Origin: an uncultured Gammaproteobacteria bacterium
GTDB taxonomy: Bacteria > Pseudomonadota > Gammaproteobacteria > UBA6002
Direction of reading: 5' to 3'
Assembly: GCA_963705725.1 (NCBI GenBank)
Contig: CAVPKM010000007.1
Span: forward strand, 1 to 64,000
Length of the DNA stretch: 64,000 bases
A program made the translations under genes and the position numbers. Within the stretch, counting starts at the first letter, position 1, and every line of letters begins with the position of its first letter. The notes under the pieces are model-generated. The model saw only the letters and a program-made list of their open reading frames with translations, made no database searches and was not told the origin of the DNA. This document shows, in pieces, positions 9,645 to 18,929 of the stretch.

Positions 9645-10433
9645 ATGTTCAAGACTAAAAACACTATTGAACTGTTAACGTTGATTGAAAGCGTTATTAA
9701 AAAGAAGTTTTTATACTTTCAAGGTAAATTAGCTAACATGGAAATTATTGAGAAAAATGGAATCACTATTATTAATAGCAATGAATTTACTGATATGTTT
9801 AATACCATATATTGTCAAGGCAGTGTCAATATTAGCCAAATCAATGATGCAATTAATTTTTTTTCTAACAAAAATCTACCGTTTTCCTGGTGGATGGGTT
9901 TTGAAAATGAGTCGACGAAACTGTCTAGCATGTTAGAACAATGCTCATTGCAAAAGACAGAAAATGAGCTGCTGATGGCTATTGATTTATGTGATTTTGC
10001 CGCGTCTAATTATCAACAGGATTTGATTTTTACTCGTGTAACAGATAGTCAAAAACTCAATGATCTAGTGAATATTATCACGAATATTATGCCAAATGAA
10101 TCTTCCGCAATCCGTCATTTTTTTGAACGATCTTCAGAGATGATACTCAAATCTGATTGTATTGAATATTATGTCGGCTATCATAATAATCAACCGATCA
10201 GTACATTATCATTATTTTATTTTCAAGGAGTGGCATCTATTTTTGATGTAATTGTATTGCCAGAAAATAGAGGAATGAAAATTGCCTCTACCATGGTAGT
10301 GGAATCACTTAAAATAGCGAGCAATAAACAATGTTCAATTGTGGCACTAACAGCAACTAATGATGCTAAGAATGTTTATGAAAAATTAGGATTTAACTCT
10401 CTCAAACCGATGTGGGTATACAATCTAAACTAA
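9645..10433 (+). CDS. GNAT family N-acetyltransferase
   Basis: C-terminal SIFDVIVLPENRGMKIAS...VALTATNDAKNVYEKLGF; N-terminal LPFSWW domain. Confidence 0.88.
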   Translation: MFKTKNTIELLTLIESVIKKKFLYFQGKLANMEIIEKNGITIINSNEFTDMFNTIYCQGSVNISQINDAINFFSNKNLPFSWWMGFENESTKLSSMLEQCSLQKTENELLMAIDLCDFAASNYQQDLIFTRVTDSQKLNDLVNIITNIMPNESSAIRHFFERSSEMILKSDCIEYYVGYHNNQPISTLSLFYFQGVASIFDVIVLPENRGMKIASTMVVESLKIASNKQCSIVALTATNDAKNVYEKLGFNSLKPMWVYNLN

Positions 10434-10455
10434 ACATAATTTTAAGGATGTTAAA

Positions 10456-12255
10456 ATGGAAAATAAATCTGAAAACAAATTTACCGTGCTTTCTCTTAGC
10501 GAAGCTGAGTTAACCGTTGCAGGAAAGCGTTTACTTTCTGTTGTATCATTTAAAGTAAACAATACGGATAGAATAGGAATTATTGGTAGAAATGGAGTGG
10601 GTAAAAGTCATCTTTTAAAAATATTAGCAGAAAAAGTTGCACTAGATGCCGGCGATTTAATCATTGCTCCTCAGGTAAAAATTCTTTTAGTTAAACAAGA
10701 ATTACCAAATGGTGATAAAACTCCAATGGATTACTTGCGAGAGAAAGATATAGATCTGAATAGACTTTATGTTAAATCAAAAAATATGGATGGCATCGAA
10801 TATAAGGAAGTACTGGAATTAATTAGACAAATAGAATTAGATCGTTACATTTTATTTGCGCCACAAGTATTAAAAGGGCTCGGGTTGACTCAAAGCCAGA
10901 TGGAGGAACCGATGCGGAATTTATCAGGAGGCATGCAAATGCGAATTGGAATAGCTTCAGCCTTGGTTCAAAACCCTGACTTACTATTGCTAGATGAACC
11001 AACTAATCATTTAGATTTAGAATCTGCACAATGGCTTATTCAATATCTCAGTACCTATAACAAGGCCTTTATCGTTGTTAGCCATGACGTTAAATTATTA
11101 AATACATTGACCACTAAGATAGTTCATCTAAAGAATGGTCAATTAAATCAATTTAATGCAAGCTATGGCGAATATCGCAAATACTTATCTATGAAAGAAA
11201 GTAAGATACAACAAAATAATAAAGATTTAGCACAAGAAACGGAAGATATCTATTTTAGGCTTCGAGGCGTTTCATCACGAGTTGCTCAAGCAGTTCAAAG
11301 AAAAAAACGTGCTGAAGAATTGAGAAATCAAATTGTTGAAATTATTCCGGAAGAACCAGTTATCCCCATTCGATTTCTTCAACCTCCTGAGACGCAAAGT
11401 CCCATGATAGAATTTGATGATGCGATGTTGGGTTATACACAAACGCCTGTGTTAAAAAGCGTGAATTTGCTGCTAAATTATGGAGATAAAATTGGGCTAA
11501 TTGGACGTAATGGAGAAGGGAAATCCACCTTAATTAAACAAATAGTCGAATCTATACAACTGATAAATGGGCTAATGAACAAAATACCAAAGTGTAAAAT
11601 TGGTTATTTTAGTCAAGATCTAACGGATGAATTGGATGTTACTTTAAGCGTTTATCAACAGTTTGCAAAAGCAACAAAATTGGTAAATGATGAGGAAATT
11701 TGTTCAGGCTTAGCAACCTATGGCTTTTCAAGAGATAAAGTCAATACTAACGTGGGGAATCTTTCAGGTGGAGAATTATCGCGATTAGCATTGGGCATAA
11801 TTTGTTCGTCAGGTTCAAATTTAATTATATTAGACGAACCAACTAATCATTTGGATGTTGAAACTCGTGAAGTATTAGTGAATGCAATAAAAGAATTTAC
11901 CGGGAGTGTGTTATTAGTTTCTCATGATTGGGATTTGCATGAGCAATGTATGAATCAATTTTGGTTGGCAGCTCAAGGAACGGTACAGCCTTATACCAGA
12001 GGTCTCGATCACTACCATAAATACATGAAACAATTAAGTTTAGCGCCTGCTCCTGCGAATACGACAATTTCAGAGGTGATGGACAATCAAGGGAAAGGTA
12101 AGCATAGTACGAATAGAAATAATGGCTCTCGAACTAGTATCACGGAAAATCCAAATGCTTTTACTGCAAATCCAAATGGTAAAAAGAGAAGTGGAAAGCA
12201 AATATCAGAACAAACGCCATCTTCTACTTATAGTAAAAGTCGACGTGGCAAATAG
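10456..12255 (+). CDS. ABC-F family ATP-binding cassette protein
   Basis: Two NBDs (GRNGVGKS/LSGG/LLLDEPTNHLD and GRNGEGKS/LSGG/ILDEPTNHLD), no transmembrane segments, low-complexity C-terminal tail. Confidence 0.93.
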   Translation: MENKSENKFTVLSLSEAELTVAGKRLLSVVSFKVNNTDRIGIIGRNGVGKSHLLKILAEKVALDAGDLIIAPQVKILLVKQELPNGDKTPMDYLREKDIDLNRLYVKSKNMDGIEYKEVLELIRQIELDRYILFAPQVLKGLGLTQSQMEEPMRNLSGGMQMRIGIASALVQNPDLLLLDEPTNHLDLESAQWLIQYLSTYNKAFIVVSHDVKLLNTLTTKIVHLKNGQLNQFNASYGEYRKYLSMKESKIQQNNKDLAQETEDIYFRLRGVSSRVAQAVQRKKRAEELRNQIVEIIPEEPVIPIRFLQPPETQSPMIEFDDAMLGYTQTPVLKSVNLLLNYGDKIGLIGRNGEGKSTLIKQIVESIQLINGLMNKIPKCKIGYFSQDLTDELDVTLSVYQQFAKATKLVNDEEICSGLATYGFSRDKVNTNVGNLSGGELSRLALGIICSSGSNLIILDEPTNHLDVETREVLVNAIKEFTGSVLLVSHDWDLHEQCMNQFWLAAQGTVQPYTRGLDHYHKYMKQLSLAPAPANTTISEVMDNQGKGKHSTNRNNGSRTSITENPNAFTANPNGKKRSGKQISEQTPSSTYSKSRRGK

Positions 12256-12324
12256 CTGCTAATTTGATTAATCAATTATTGCCATTTAATTCTCGTCTGC
12301 TTCCTTTCCAGCTGATTATATGCG

Positions 12325-13128
12325 CTACCATGCTGGAATGGCTTCTCCATGAAAAAGCTGTTCAGCCTTTACCCTCACCGCTTTAGAATGCAGTGCATTC
12401 ATCAACTTGATGAATTTAGGATCATTTTTATCAGCGGCACGAATGACAACAATATTTGCATAAGGTGAATTTTTATCTTCAATAAATAATGCATCGCGAG
12501 TGGGCATTAATCCTGCCAGCATGGCGTAATTGGTATTAATGACGGCTAGATCAACGTCCTGAATCATACGTGGCAATTGTGCGGCATCTAATTCCTTAAT
12601 ATTGATGTGTTTGGGATTTTGCAAGAGATCTTGTGGTGTGATTTTTAAAGAATCGGTTTTATTCAAGGTAAGCAAGCCGGCTTTTTCTAATAATAATAAC
12701 GCCCTGGTCCCATTGCTGGGATCGTTTGGAATCGCAACGGTAGCATTGGGGTGAAGTTCATTTAAATTTTTTATTTTTGTGGAATAAATACCCATGGGAT
12801 AAATAAAAGTTTTACCAATTGAGATGAGAGGATATCCTTTTGCTGTAATCATCGCTTCCAGGTAGGGGAGGTGCTGAAACATGTTTGCATCGATACTTCC
12901 ATCAGCAAGCGCTTGGTTGGGTAAGACATAGTCGGTGAAAGGGATGATTTCAATATTCAAATCATAATCTTTTTTTGCCACGTTTTTTGCTACTTCCATC
13001 AGTTCGGATTCAGGGCCAGCAATGGTGCCAATTTTAATTTCATTGTCTGCAGAATGATGCGCGCGTGAGCAACCAAAGCAAAGTAATATTGAAAAAAGTA
13101 GAAAAATAAAGGGATGCCACTTTTTCAC
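12325..13128 (-). CDS. metQ: Methionine ABC transporter substrate-binding lipoprotein
   Basis: Lipobox-like CFGC, FTDYVLPNQAL, DANMFQHLPYL, IPNDPSNGTRAL, SPYANI. Confidence 0.93.
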   Translation of the reverse strand: MKKWHPFIFLLFSILLCFGCSRAHHSADNEIKIGTIAGPESELMEVAKNVAKKDYDLNIEIIPFTDYVLPNQALADGSIDANMFQHLPYLEAMITAKGYPLISIGKTFIYPMGIYSTKIKNLNELHPNATVAIPNDPSNGTRALLLLEKAGLLTLNKTDSLKITPQDLLQNPKHINIKELDAAQLPRMIQDVDLAVINTNYAMLAGLMPTRDALFIEDKNSPYANIVVIRAADKNDPKFIKLMNALHSKAVRVKAEQLFHGEAIPAW

Positions 13129-13137
13129 GATAATCTC

Positions 13138-13788
13138 CTAATGAGTAAATTTTTTTGCTAAGTAATCCCCGATGAACTGAATTCCATAAACTAAAATAAT
13201 AAGAATAAAAATTGTACTTACCATGACAGGTAGATTAAATCGCTGATAACCATAATTAATGGCGACACTTCCTAAGCCCCCGCCTCCAATTGCTCCTGCC
13301 ATAGCAGAATAGCCAATGAGATTAATAAGCGTAATGGTGACACCATGAATAATTAGGGGTGAGGCTTCGGGGATCATTATTTTTCTGATTATCTGTAATG
13401 CTGAAGCTCCCATTGCAGTACCTGCCTCAACCAAACCCCTGCCAACTTTAACAAGTGCACTTTCCACCATTCTTGCCACAAAGGGGATGGCTGCAATACT
13501 GAGTGGAATGATGGCGGCGTTGGTTCCAATTGAAGTGCCAATTACAAATCGGGTAAATGGAATTAATGCGATGAGAAGGATGATAAAAGGGATAGCTCGA
13601 AGAATATTAACGATGGAAGACAAAATCTTATGGTAAAGTGGGTTTTCTAAAATTCCATTTTTATTAGTAGTAAAAAGAATAATGCCGAGGGGTAATCCAA
13701 ATAAAACAGCGATCAATCCCGATAGGGCAATCATGTAAAGGGTTTCAAGTGTGCCTTGCACCAGTAGGGGGATAAGATTATTTAGCAT
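13138..13788 (-). CDS. metI: Methionine ABC transporter permease
   Basis: RAIPFIILLIALIPFTR, YSAMAGAIGGGGLG..YGYQRF. Confidence 0.95.
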   Translation of the reverse strand: MLNNLIPLLVQGTLETLYMIALSGLIAVLFGLPLGIILFTTNKNGILENPLYHKILSSIVNILRAIPFIILLIALIPFTRFVIGTSIGTNAAIIPLSIAAIPFVARMVESALVKVGRGLVEAGTAMGASALQIIRKIMIPEASPLIIHGVTITLINLIGYSAMAGAIGGGGLGSVAINYGYQRFNLPVMVSTIFILIILVYGIQFIGDYLAKKFTH

Positions 13789-14803
13789 AATAGCCTATTT
13801 CCTCAACGAAAATTCCTTTTTCTCTTAAATAGTGAATAGATTGCTGCAATTTTTCTTTTTTGTTGGAAACCTGCACAATCATGACCCCGACAATTGTTTC
13901 GCGTATGATTTCAATTTTTGCTTGCAGAATATTAACCTCAACATGGTAATTCTGGATGACATGTGAGATTAAAGGTTCTTGAGCTACCTCTCCGATAAAA
14001 GAAAGGCGCAACAAGATATCATCATTACCATGATTTTCCTGACTCACCCGTTTTGCAAGAATGTCGGGGAGGGCGCGTTTTAAATCAGATCGTATGAATT
14101 GCTTTGCAACATGAGATTTGGGATTGCTGAAAAATTCCAATACCTCTGCTTGTTCAATAATGCTTCCTTGCTCTAAAATGGCTAATGAATGACAGATTTC
14201 TTTGACCACGTCCATTTCATGAGTAATCAATAGCATGGTTACTCCCATTTGCTCATTAATGTCTTTTAGTAATTTTAAAATGGCATGGGTGGTATAGGGG
14301 TCAAGTGAAGAAGTGGCTTCATCACAAAGTAGTACTTTTGGCTTTGTCACTAAAGCTCTTGCTATGGCAACGCGTTGTTTTTGTCCTCCACTCAAATCGA
14401 GCGGATAATAATCTTTTTTATCAAGAAGGCCAGTCAATTCAAGCAAGGGCATCACAGTCTTTTCGGATTCTTTTTTTGATGTATTCAAAAGTTCAAGTGG
14501 TAATACGATGTTATCGTAAACAGTGCGTGATGATAAAAGATTAAAATGTTGAAATATCATACCAATTTTTTTTCTTTCAAGTCTGAGCGCTTTTTCATTC
14601 AGGGAACTTAATGTCTTGCCATCTATGATTACCTTTCCAGAAGTAGGTTTTTCCAGTAGGTTAACACAACGGATTAAGGTGCTTTTCCCTGCACCACTTG
14701 GCCCAAGGATGCAAAATATCTGTCCTGCACTGACTTGTAAATTAATATCAACTAAAACATTTTGCTTGGCAAAAGTTTTGTTTAACTCAATAAGTTCGAT
14801 CAT
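13778..14803 (-). CDS. metN: Methionine ABC transporter ATPase
   Basis: GPSGAGKSTL, IGMIFQHFNLL, LSGGQKQRVAIARAL, LLCDEATS, C-terminal NIL domain. Confidence 0.95.
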   Translation of the reverse strand: MIELIELNKTFAKQNVLVDINLQVSAGQIFCILGPSGAGKSTLIRCVNLLEKPTSGKVIIDGKTLSSLNEKALRLERKKIGMIFQHFNLLSSRTVYDNIVLPLELLNTSKKESEKTVMPLLELTGLLDKKDYYPLDLSGGQKQRVAIARALVTKPKVLLCDEATSSLDPYTTHAILKLLKDINEQMGVTMLLITHEMDVVKEICHSLAILEQGSIIEQAEVLEFFSNPKSHVAKQFIRSDLKRALPDILAKRVSQENHGNDDILLRLSFIGEVAQEPLISHVIQNYHVEVNILQAKIEIIRETIVGVMIVQVSNKKEKLQQSIHYLREKGIFVEEIGYYAK

Positions 14804-14900
14804 GATTTATTCTTTTTTATCGAGAAGAAAATGGCTAGCTTGAGGAGTCTATATTAGCATTCAGAAATGCTGATGAAAATGACTAATTACGAGGTTGACT

Positions 14901-14915
14901 GATCTCATTATGTTC
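14901..14915 (+). promoter_or_regulatory. Candidate SOS box of the GTTC-N7-GTTC type upstream of lexA
   Basis: GATC-TCATTAT-GTTC, one mismatch to the alphaproteobacterial LexA direct repeat, ending 43 bp before the lexA ATG. Confidence 0.45.
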
Positions 14916-14958
14916 TCTATTCTAGTCTTGTTGTCTTTCAAAGGAGTTAGGAGAAAGC

Positions 14959-15555
14959 ATGTTAACCTTAAGCCAGAAAAAAGTTTTAGAATTTATTAAA
15001 ACCTATCTCGCAGAGCATGATCATTCCCCCAGCATCTCAGAAATTGCAAAGGGTATTGGCATTCAATCGCGAGGTGTGACTCATCGTTATGTAACCGCAT
15101 TAATTAAAGCTGGATATATTTGTATTTCTCCTGGTAAACGTCGCAGTATACAGTTGCTGAAATCGTCTGCCACACAATTACCGCTTTGGGGAAGGATTGC
15201 GGCGGGAAGTCCGATCGAAGCGATTTCTGATAATGAAACATTAGACATCATGAAAATTTTTTTAGGAGAAAATCGCTACGCCCTGATTGTTAAGGGAGAT
15301 TCAATGATCGACGAAGGTATTTTTGATGGGGATGTGGTGGTATGTGAATATAATGAGTCTCCTCCTGATGGTAAAATTGTTGTGGCATTAATAGATAACC
15401 AAGAGGCCACATTAAAAAAAGTCAAATACTTGCCAAATAATCAAGTGAGCTTAATTCCAGCAAATGCTAAGCTCATGCCTATGAACTACCCGCTTGAAAG
15501 AGTAAGTTTTCAAGGCATTTTTATCGGTTTATTACGATTCGAGGGTAGTAAATGA
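14959..15555 (+). CDS. lexA: SOS repressor LexA
   Basis: N-terminal winged HTH, Ala-Gly cleavage site (GRIAAGSP), catalytic Ser (KGDSMI) and Lys (EATLKK). Confidence 0.92.
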   Translation: MLTLSQKKVLEFIKTYLAEHDHSPSISEIAKGIGIQSRGVTHRYVTALIKAGYICISPGKRRSIQLLKSSATQLPLWGRIAAGSPIEAISDNETLDIMKIFLGENRYALIVKGDSMIDEGIFDGDVVVCEYNESPPDGKIVVALIDNQEATLKKVKYLPNNQVSLIPANAKLMPMNYPLERVSFQGIFIGLLRFEGSK

Positions 15556-16385
15556 AACGTATATTAGGCTGGAAGCCAAATTTTACAACCTTGCATCCGG
15601 CCTTTGAGTTGTTTCATCCTTCACCTATTTTTTCTTTTTCAGAGTGGCCATCACTCACTGATTACAACCAGTTATTACAAAATACACAGCCTTCTATACA
15701 AAATGAATCAGGATGCTTACTTCGGGTTGTTTCGCAATCTTTAAAAATTTCAAATTTTGAAGAACAGTATGAGCCGCGGATTTATTTAAAGGGTGAGTTA
15801 CAAACTCGTGAAAATTGCTGGCATGATTTTTTTAATTTAATCATGTGGTTGACTTTCCCTAAAATTAAAGGAATGTTAAATCGACTGCAATATCAATCGT
15901 TACAGCATCGGCAGGAGAAAAATCGTTCAGCCTTAGAAAATTTTTTAACCCTATTTGATGAAAATGGGTTGGTGATGGTAAGTGCTAATGAGAAATTACT
16001 TGAGCTAGTTAAGCAACGAGAATGGAAAAGTTTATTTTGGAATTATAAACATTTATTTAACCAGGAAATTGGTTGCTATATCCTAGGCCATTCAATTTAT
16101 GAGAAATTATTGAATCCTTATGTGGGAATGGTTGGGCATGCTTTATTGCTCTTAGTTGAAAAAGAATTTTTTTTGCTTTCTAGGGAGAAGCAGATTCTCG
16201 AAGTGGAAAGTAAAATTTATGAAAGATTAAGATCTCGAAATCATGACCACTCGTCATTTTGCTCTGATACGCCAAAAAGTTTATACCCGATTCCATTTCT
16301 CGGTTTTCCAAACTGGCATCCGTTAGCAGATAGGGAGTCCTTTTTTAATGATGAAAAGTATTTTAGGAATGTTGCTTCGTTTTAA
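15552..16385 (+). CDS. DUF3025 family protein
   Basis: YEPRIYLKGELQTRENCWHDFFN..WLTFPKIK, LTLFDENG, GHSIYEK, PIPFLGFPNW, YFR; ATGA overlap with lexA. Confidence 0.8.
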   Translation: MKRILGWKPNFTTLHPAFELFHPSPIFSFSEWPSLTDYNQLLQNTQPSIQNESGCLLRVVSQSLKISNFEEQYEPRIYLKGELQTRENCWHDFFNLIMWLTFPKIKGMLNRLQYQSLQHRQEKNRSALENFLTLFDENGLVMVSANEKLLELVKQREWKSLFWNYKHLFNQEIGCYILGHSIYEKLLNPYVGMVGHALLLLVEKEFFLLSREKQILEVESKIYERLRSRNHDHSSFCSDTPKSLYPIPFLGFPNWHPLADRESFFNDEKYFRNVASF

Positions 16386-16448
16386 AACAGAACGCCCAAT
16401 AAAATTATTTATTTACAACAGATTTTTTTTTAATATATTAGTAAACCA

Positions 16449-16495
16449 TGTAACTGCTCACGGGTAAGAGTCTGTTTAAGGCACAAATATTCATA
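16449..16495 (-). repeat. Dispersed intergenic repeat, copy 1
   Basis: Reverse complement TATGAATATTTGTGCCTTAAACAGACTCTTACCCGTGAGCAGTTACA matches the copies at 24.3 kb and 46.5 kb. Confidence 0.85.
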
Positions 16496-16501
16496 TTTGA
16501 G

Positions 16502-16524
16502 CCATATTTGATGGCCAAATATGG
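16502..16524. repeat. Perfect 9-bp inverted repeat upstream of the U-box gene
   Basis: CCATATTTG-ATGGC-CAAATATGG. Confidence 0.7.
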
Positions 16525-16582
16525 ACGTTTCCTTCCTGGGGCGAGTAGTTACCAGCTAATTTATTATTTTCTTGAGGTATAC

Positions 16583-18610
16583 ATGCACGATAAGATCGAA
16601 AAGTTCACGTTAACACTAGGAAAACTTTTTCCTGAAGAAATTATTAATATCATCGTGGAGTCTGAGACGTATTTCCTTTCGATTCTCGAAACTCTTGAAC
16701 TCAATTCAGAGTTGTGTTGTCCGATCACGCAAGAGCTTATTTTTGATCCCTATTGTTATAGTTTTGACGGAAAAATTAAATTTACTTTTGAGGAAGAAGC
16801 GATAAGACAATGGCAAAAGGAGCATTCTATCTGTCCGATTACGAGAAACAGTTTAAAGTCTGTATACATGCATTTTGATTCTCGTTTTCGAATTGAATTA
16901 CATCAGATCATTATCAAGGCGCTAAGTAAAGAAAATTGGTTATTAACACAATTGCGTCAAAAAGTTTCCGATGAAAGAATTTTTGCAATTGCTGTTAAAG
17001 GTGGCTACATAGATTTACTAAAACAATTATCCCCAGATCTCATTCAGCGATTAATGAATGAGGTAAATGAAGAAACTGATCGTTCTTGCTTTCTCGATGC
17101 TGTCAGCGATGGTCATTTCGAAGTTGTCCAGTATTTGCTAGAGCAAGGGGCAGACATTAATGTAAAAGCGCCTTCTGGTAAAGATATACTAGAATTAGCT
17201 ATCCAAAACAACGACCTTGATTTGATTAAACTCATTTTTGAGCAATACAGCGAGACTTTTAAATTTAAAAGTACCATAGAATATGTATTTCTTTCTGTAG
17301 ACAATGCATATTTCTGCAACGAGCGCCAAGAAATTATTCATTACCTAATCGAAAAACTGACAGAACAGGAGATTAATGCTCAAGATAGTCGAGGGGAGAC
17401 AGTACTTTATAAGCTCTGCAACAAACATAATGCAGAAGAAGCACTAATTACACATGTGCTAAATAAAGGAGCAGATATTAATCTCTGTAATTCTGCAGGT
17501 AATACCCCTTTACATGCTGCGGCGTTAACAAAATATAGCGCAAATATCGTTGCTTTATTAATTTCTCATCATTCCAACTTAACTCTGGAAAATAGCAACC
17601 AATTGACTCCTCTTAATGAAGCTTTATCTGAGTTTAATAAAGTATTTGGGGATATTTCTTCTTGGCACGAGAAAAAGGATATGGATCTTCTAATGGACTG
17701 TGGCCGCATTTCTGCCTATATTTTGCAAATACTTATTCTTAGAATAGCAGGAGCAAGCTATTCAGAAAATTTGGTGCCCACTTTTTTAAAATCTTTATTT
17801 ACCTCAAGCCAGGCAGTTAAAGCATTCCTCAGTAAACATGGCTGTAAAGAGCTAGTTGATCAAATTGAGCGAGATCAAATAGAAAAAAAAGATGTAAGAG
17901 AGATTAACTTTGCCAATAGAAATCTAGAGAATGTAGATTTAAGTAACATAGATTTAAATCAGAAGTCTATGCGCTCTACTAATTTAACTGGTGCAAATTT
18001 AACCGCTGTTAATCTGCAAAATGCAAACTTGATAGGTAGTATTCTGAAAGATACTAATTTAGCTAAAGCGCAATTAGTTAATGCTAAATTCGATAAAAAT
18101 CAATTACTTACTGCCTCTTCGTTATATCAGATTAAAATTGACCGAAAGACTTTGGTTAAAACAAATCGTTATAGTGATCAAGATGTATTCTTGCTTCAGA
18201 AAAAAATGGTTTCTGATTATAAAGAACGTTTTTCAGGGATGAATTTTCAAGAAGTACTGGTAGCGCTTCATGCTTTATTGATTGATGATAAGCACGTGCT
18301 TCGCATGGAAGGTGCGAAAAATTGGTTATCCAATTACGGCAAAACCGATGCATTTTCAGCAGTGATTGATTATGGCCGAAAAAGGCTGGTTGATTTGGCT
18401 AAGCATAACCAAATATCACCCTTAGCTGAAGATTGTAGAAGCAAGCTCAATCAAATTTTTAATCAAAATGTTTATAGTTTTTCTAGAGAAGTTGCCTTCT
18501 TTGGGATGTCGAATAATGCAAAGCAAGCTTTGCAATTTATCAACAATAAAATTGATAATATCGCGTCTGAAGAAGTGAGTTATTCTTTCATGGTATCAAA
18601 GCAGCAGTAG
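16583..18610 (+). CDS. U-box + ankyrin repeat + pentapeptide repeat protein (putative secreted effector / E3 ligase)
   Basis: U-box ELCCPITQELIFDP...TFEEEAIRQW...CPITR; ankyrins GHFEVVQYLLEQGADIN, GETVLY, GNTPLHAAA; pentapeptides NLTGANLTAVNLQNANL; GAGG before ATG 16583. Confidence 0.85.
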   Translation: MHDKIEKFTLTLGKLFPEEIINIIVESETYFLSILETLELNSELCCPITQELIFDPYCYSFDGKIKFTFEEEAIRQWQKEHSICPITRNSLKSVYMHFDSRFRIELHQIIIKALSKENWLLTQLRQKVSDERIFAIAVKGGYIDLLKQLSPDLIQRLMNEVNEETDRSCFLDAVSDGHFEVVQYLLEQGADINVKAPSGKDILELAIQNNDLDLIKLIFEQYSETFKFKSTIEYVFLSVDNAYFCNERQEIIHYLIEKLTEQEINAQDSRGETVLYKLCNKHNAEEALITHVLNKGADINLCNSAGNTPLHAAALTKYSANIVALLISHHSNLTLENSNQLTPLNEALSEFNKVFGDISSWHEKKDMDLLMDCGRISAYILQILILRIAGASYSENLVPTFLKSLFTSSQAVKAFLSKHGCKELVDQIERDQIEKKDVREINFANRNLENVDLSNIDLNQKSMRSTNLTGANLTAVNLQNANLIGSILKDTNLAKAQLVNAKFDKNQLLTASSLYQIKIDRKTLVKTNRYSDQDVFLLQKKMVSDYKERFSGMNFQEVLVALHALLIDDKHVLRMEGAKNWLSNYGKTDAFSAVIDYGRKRLVDLAKHNQISPLAEDCRSKLNQIFNQNVYSFSREVAFFGMSNNAKQALQFINNKIDNIASEEVSYSFMVSKQQ

Positions 18611-18629
18611 TTAAAGTAGCAAAAACGCG

Positions 18630-18660
18630 TTCAGACGTCATCCTCGGGATGACGTCTGAA
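18630..18660. terminator. Bidirectional terminator hairpin between the U-box gene and minE
   Basis: TTCAGACGTCATCC-TCG-GGATGACGTCTGAA, a perfect 14-bp stem between convergent genes. Confidence 0.8.
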
Positions 18661-18662
18661 AA

Positions 18663-18929
18663 TTAATCAATATGTTCAGGTAATACCACATTCAATTCCA
18701 ATATCGATCGATTATCATCCCGCTCTACCTCTACCGTCACTTCATGTTCATTAACGGGTAAGTAACGAGAAATGACCTCGACTAATTCTTTTTGAAGTTT
18801 ATCTAAATCTAATTTTCCAATTTTAGAGTGAATGCGTTGATCAACGATGAGCTGTAACAATCTATCTTTTGCAATATTGGCTGAAGATTTTTTAGTATTC
18901 TTAAATATTTTTAGAATGCTCATACTCAT
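18663..18929 (-). CDS. minE: Cell division topological specificity factor
   Basis: SANIAKDRL, LQKELVEVISRY, SILELNVVLP. Confidence 0.95.
   Translation of the reverse strand: MSMSILKIFKNTKKSSANIAKDRLLQLIVDQRIHSKIGKLDLDKLQKELVEVISRYLPVNEHEVTVEVERDDNRSILELNVVLPEHID

Noticed and set aside
14804-14958. SAM riboswitch or Met box upstream of metN
   Set aside because: No recognisable SAM-I/II core or tandem AGACGTCT boxes in this short divergent gap.
17903-18092. Qnr-type quinolone resistance protein
   Set aside because: The pentapeptide tract is short and embedded in a large U-box/ankyrin protein, unlike stand-alone Qnr.
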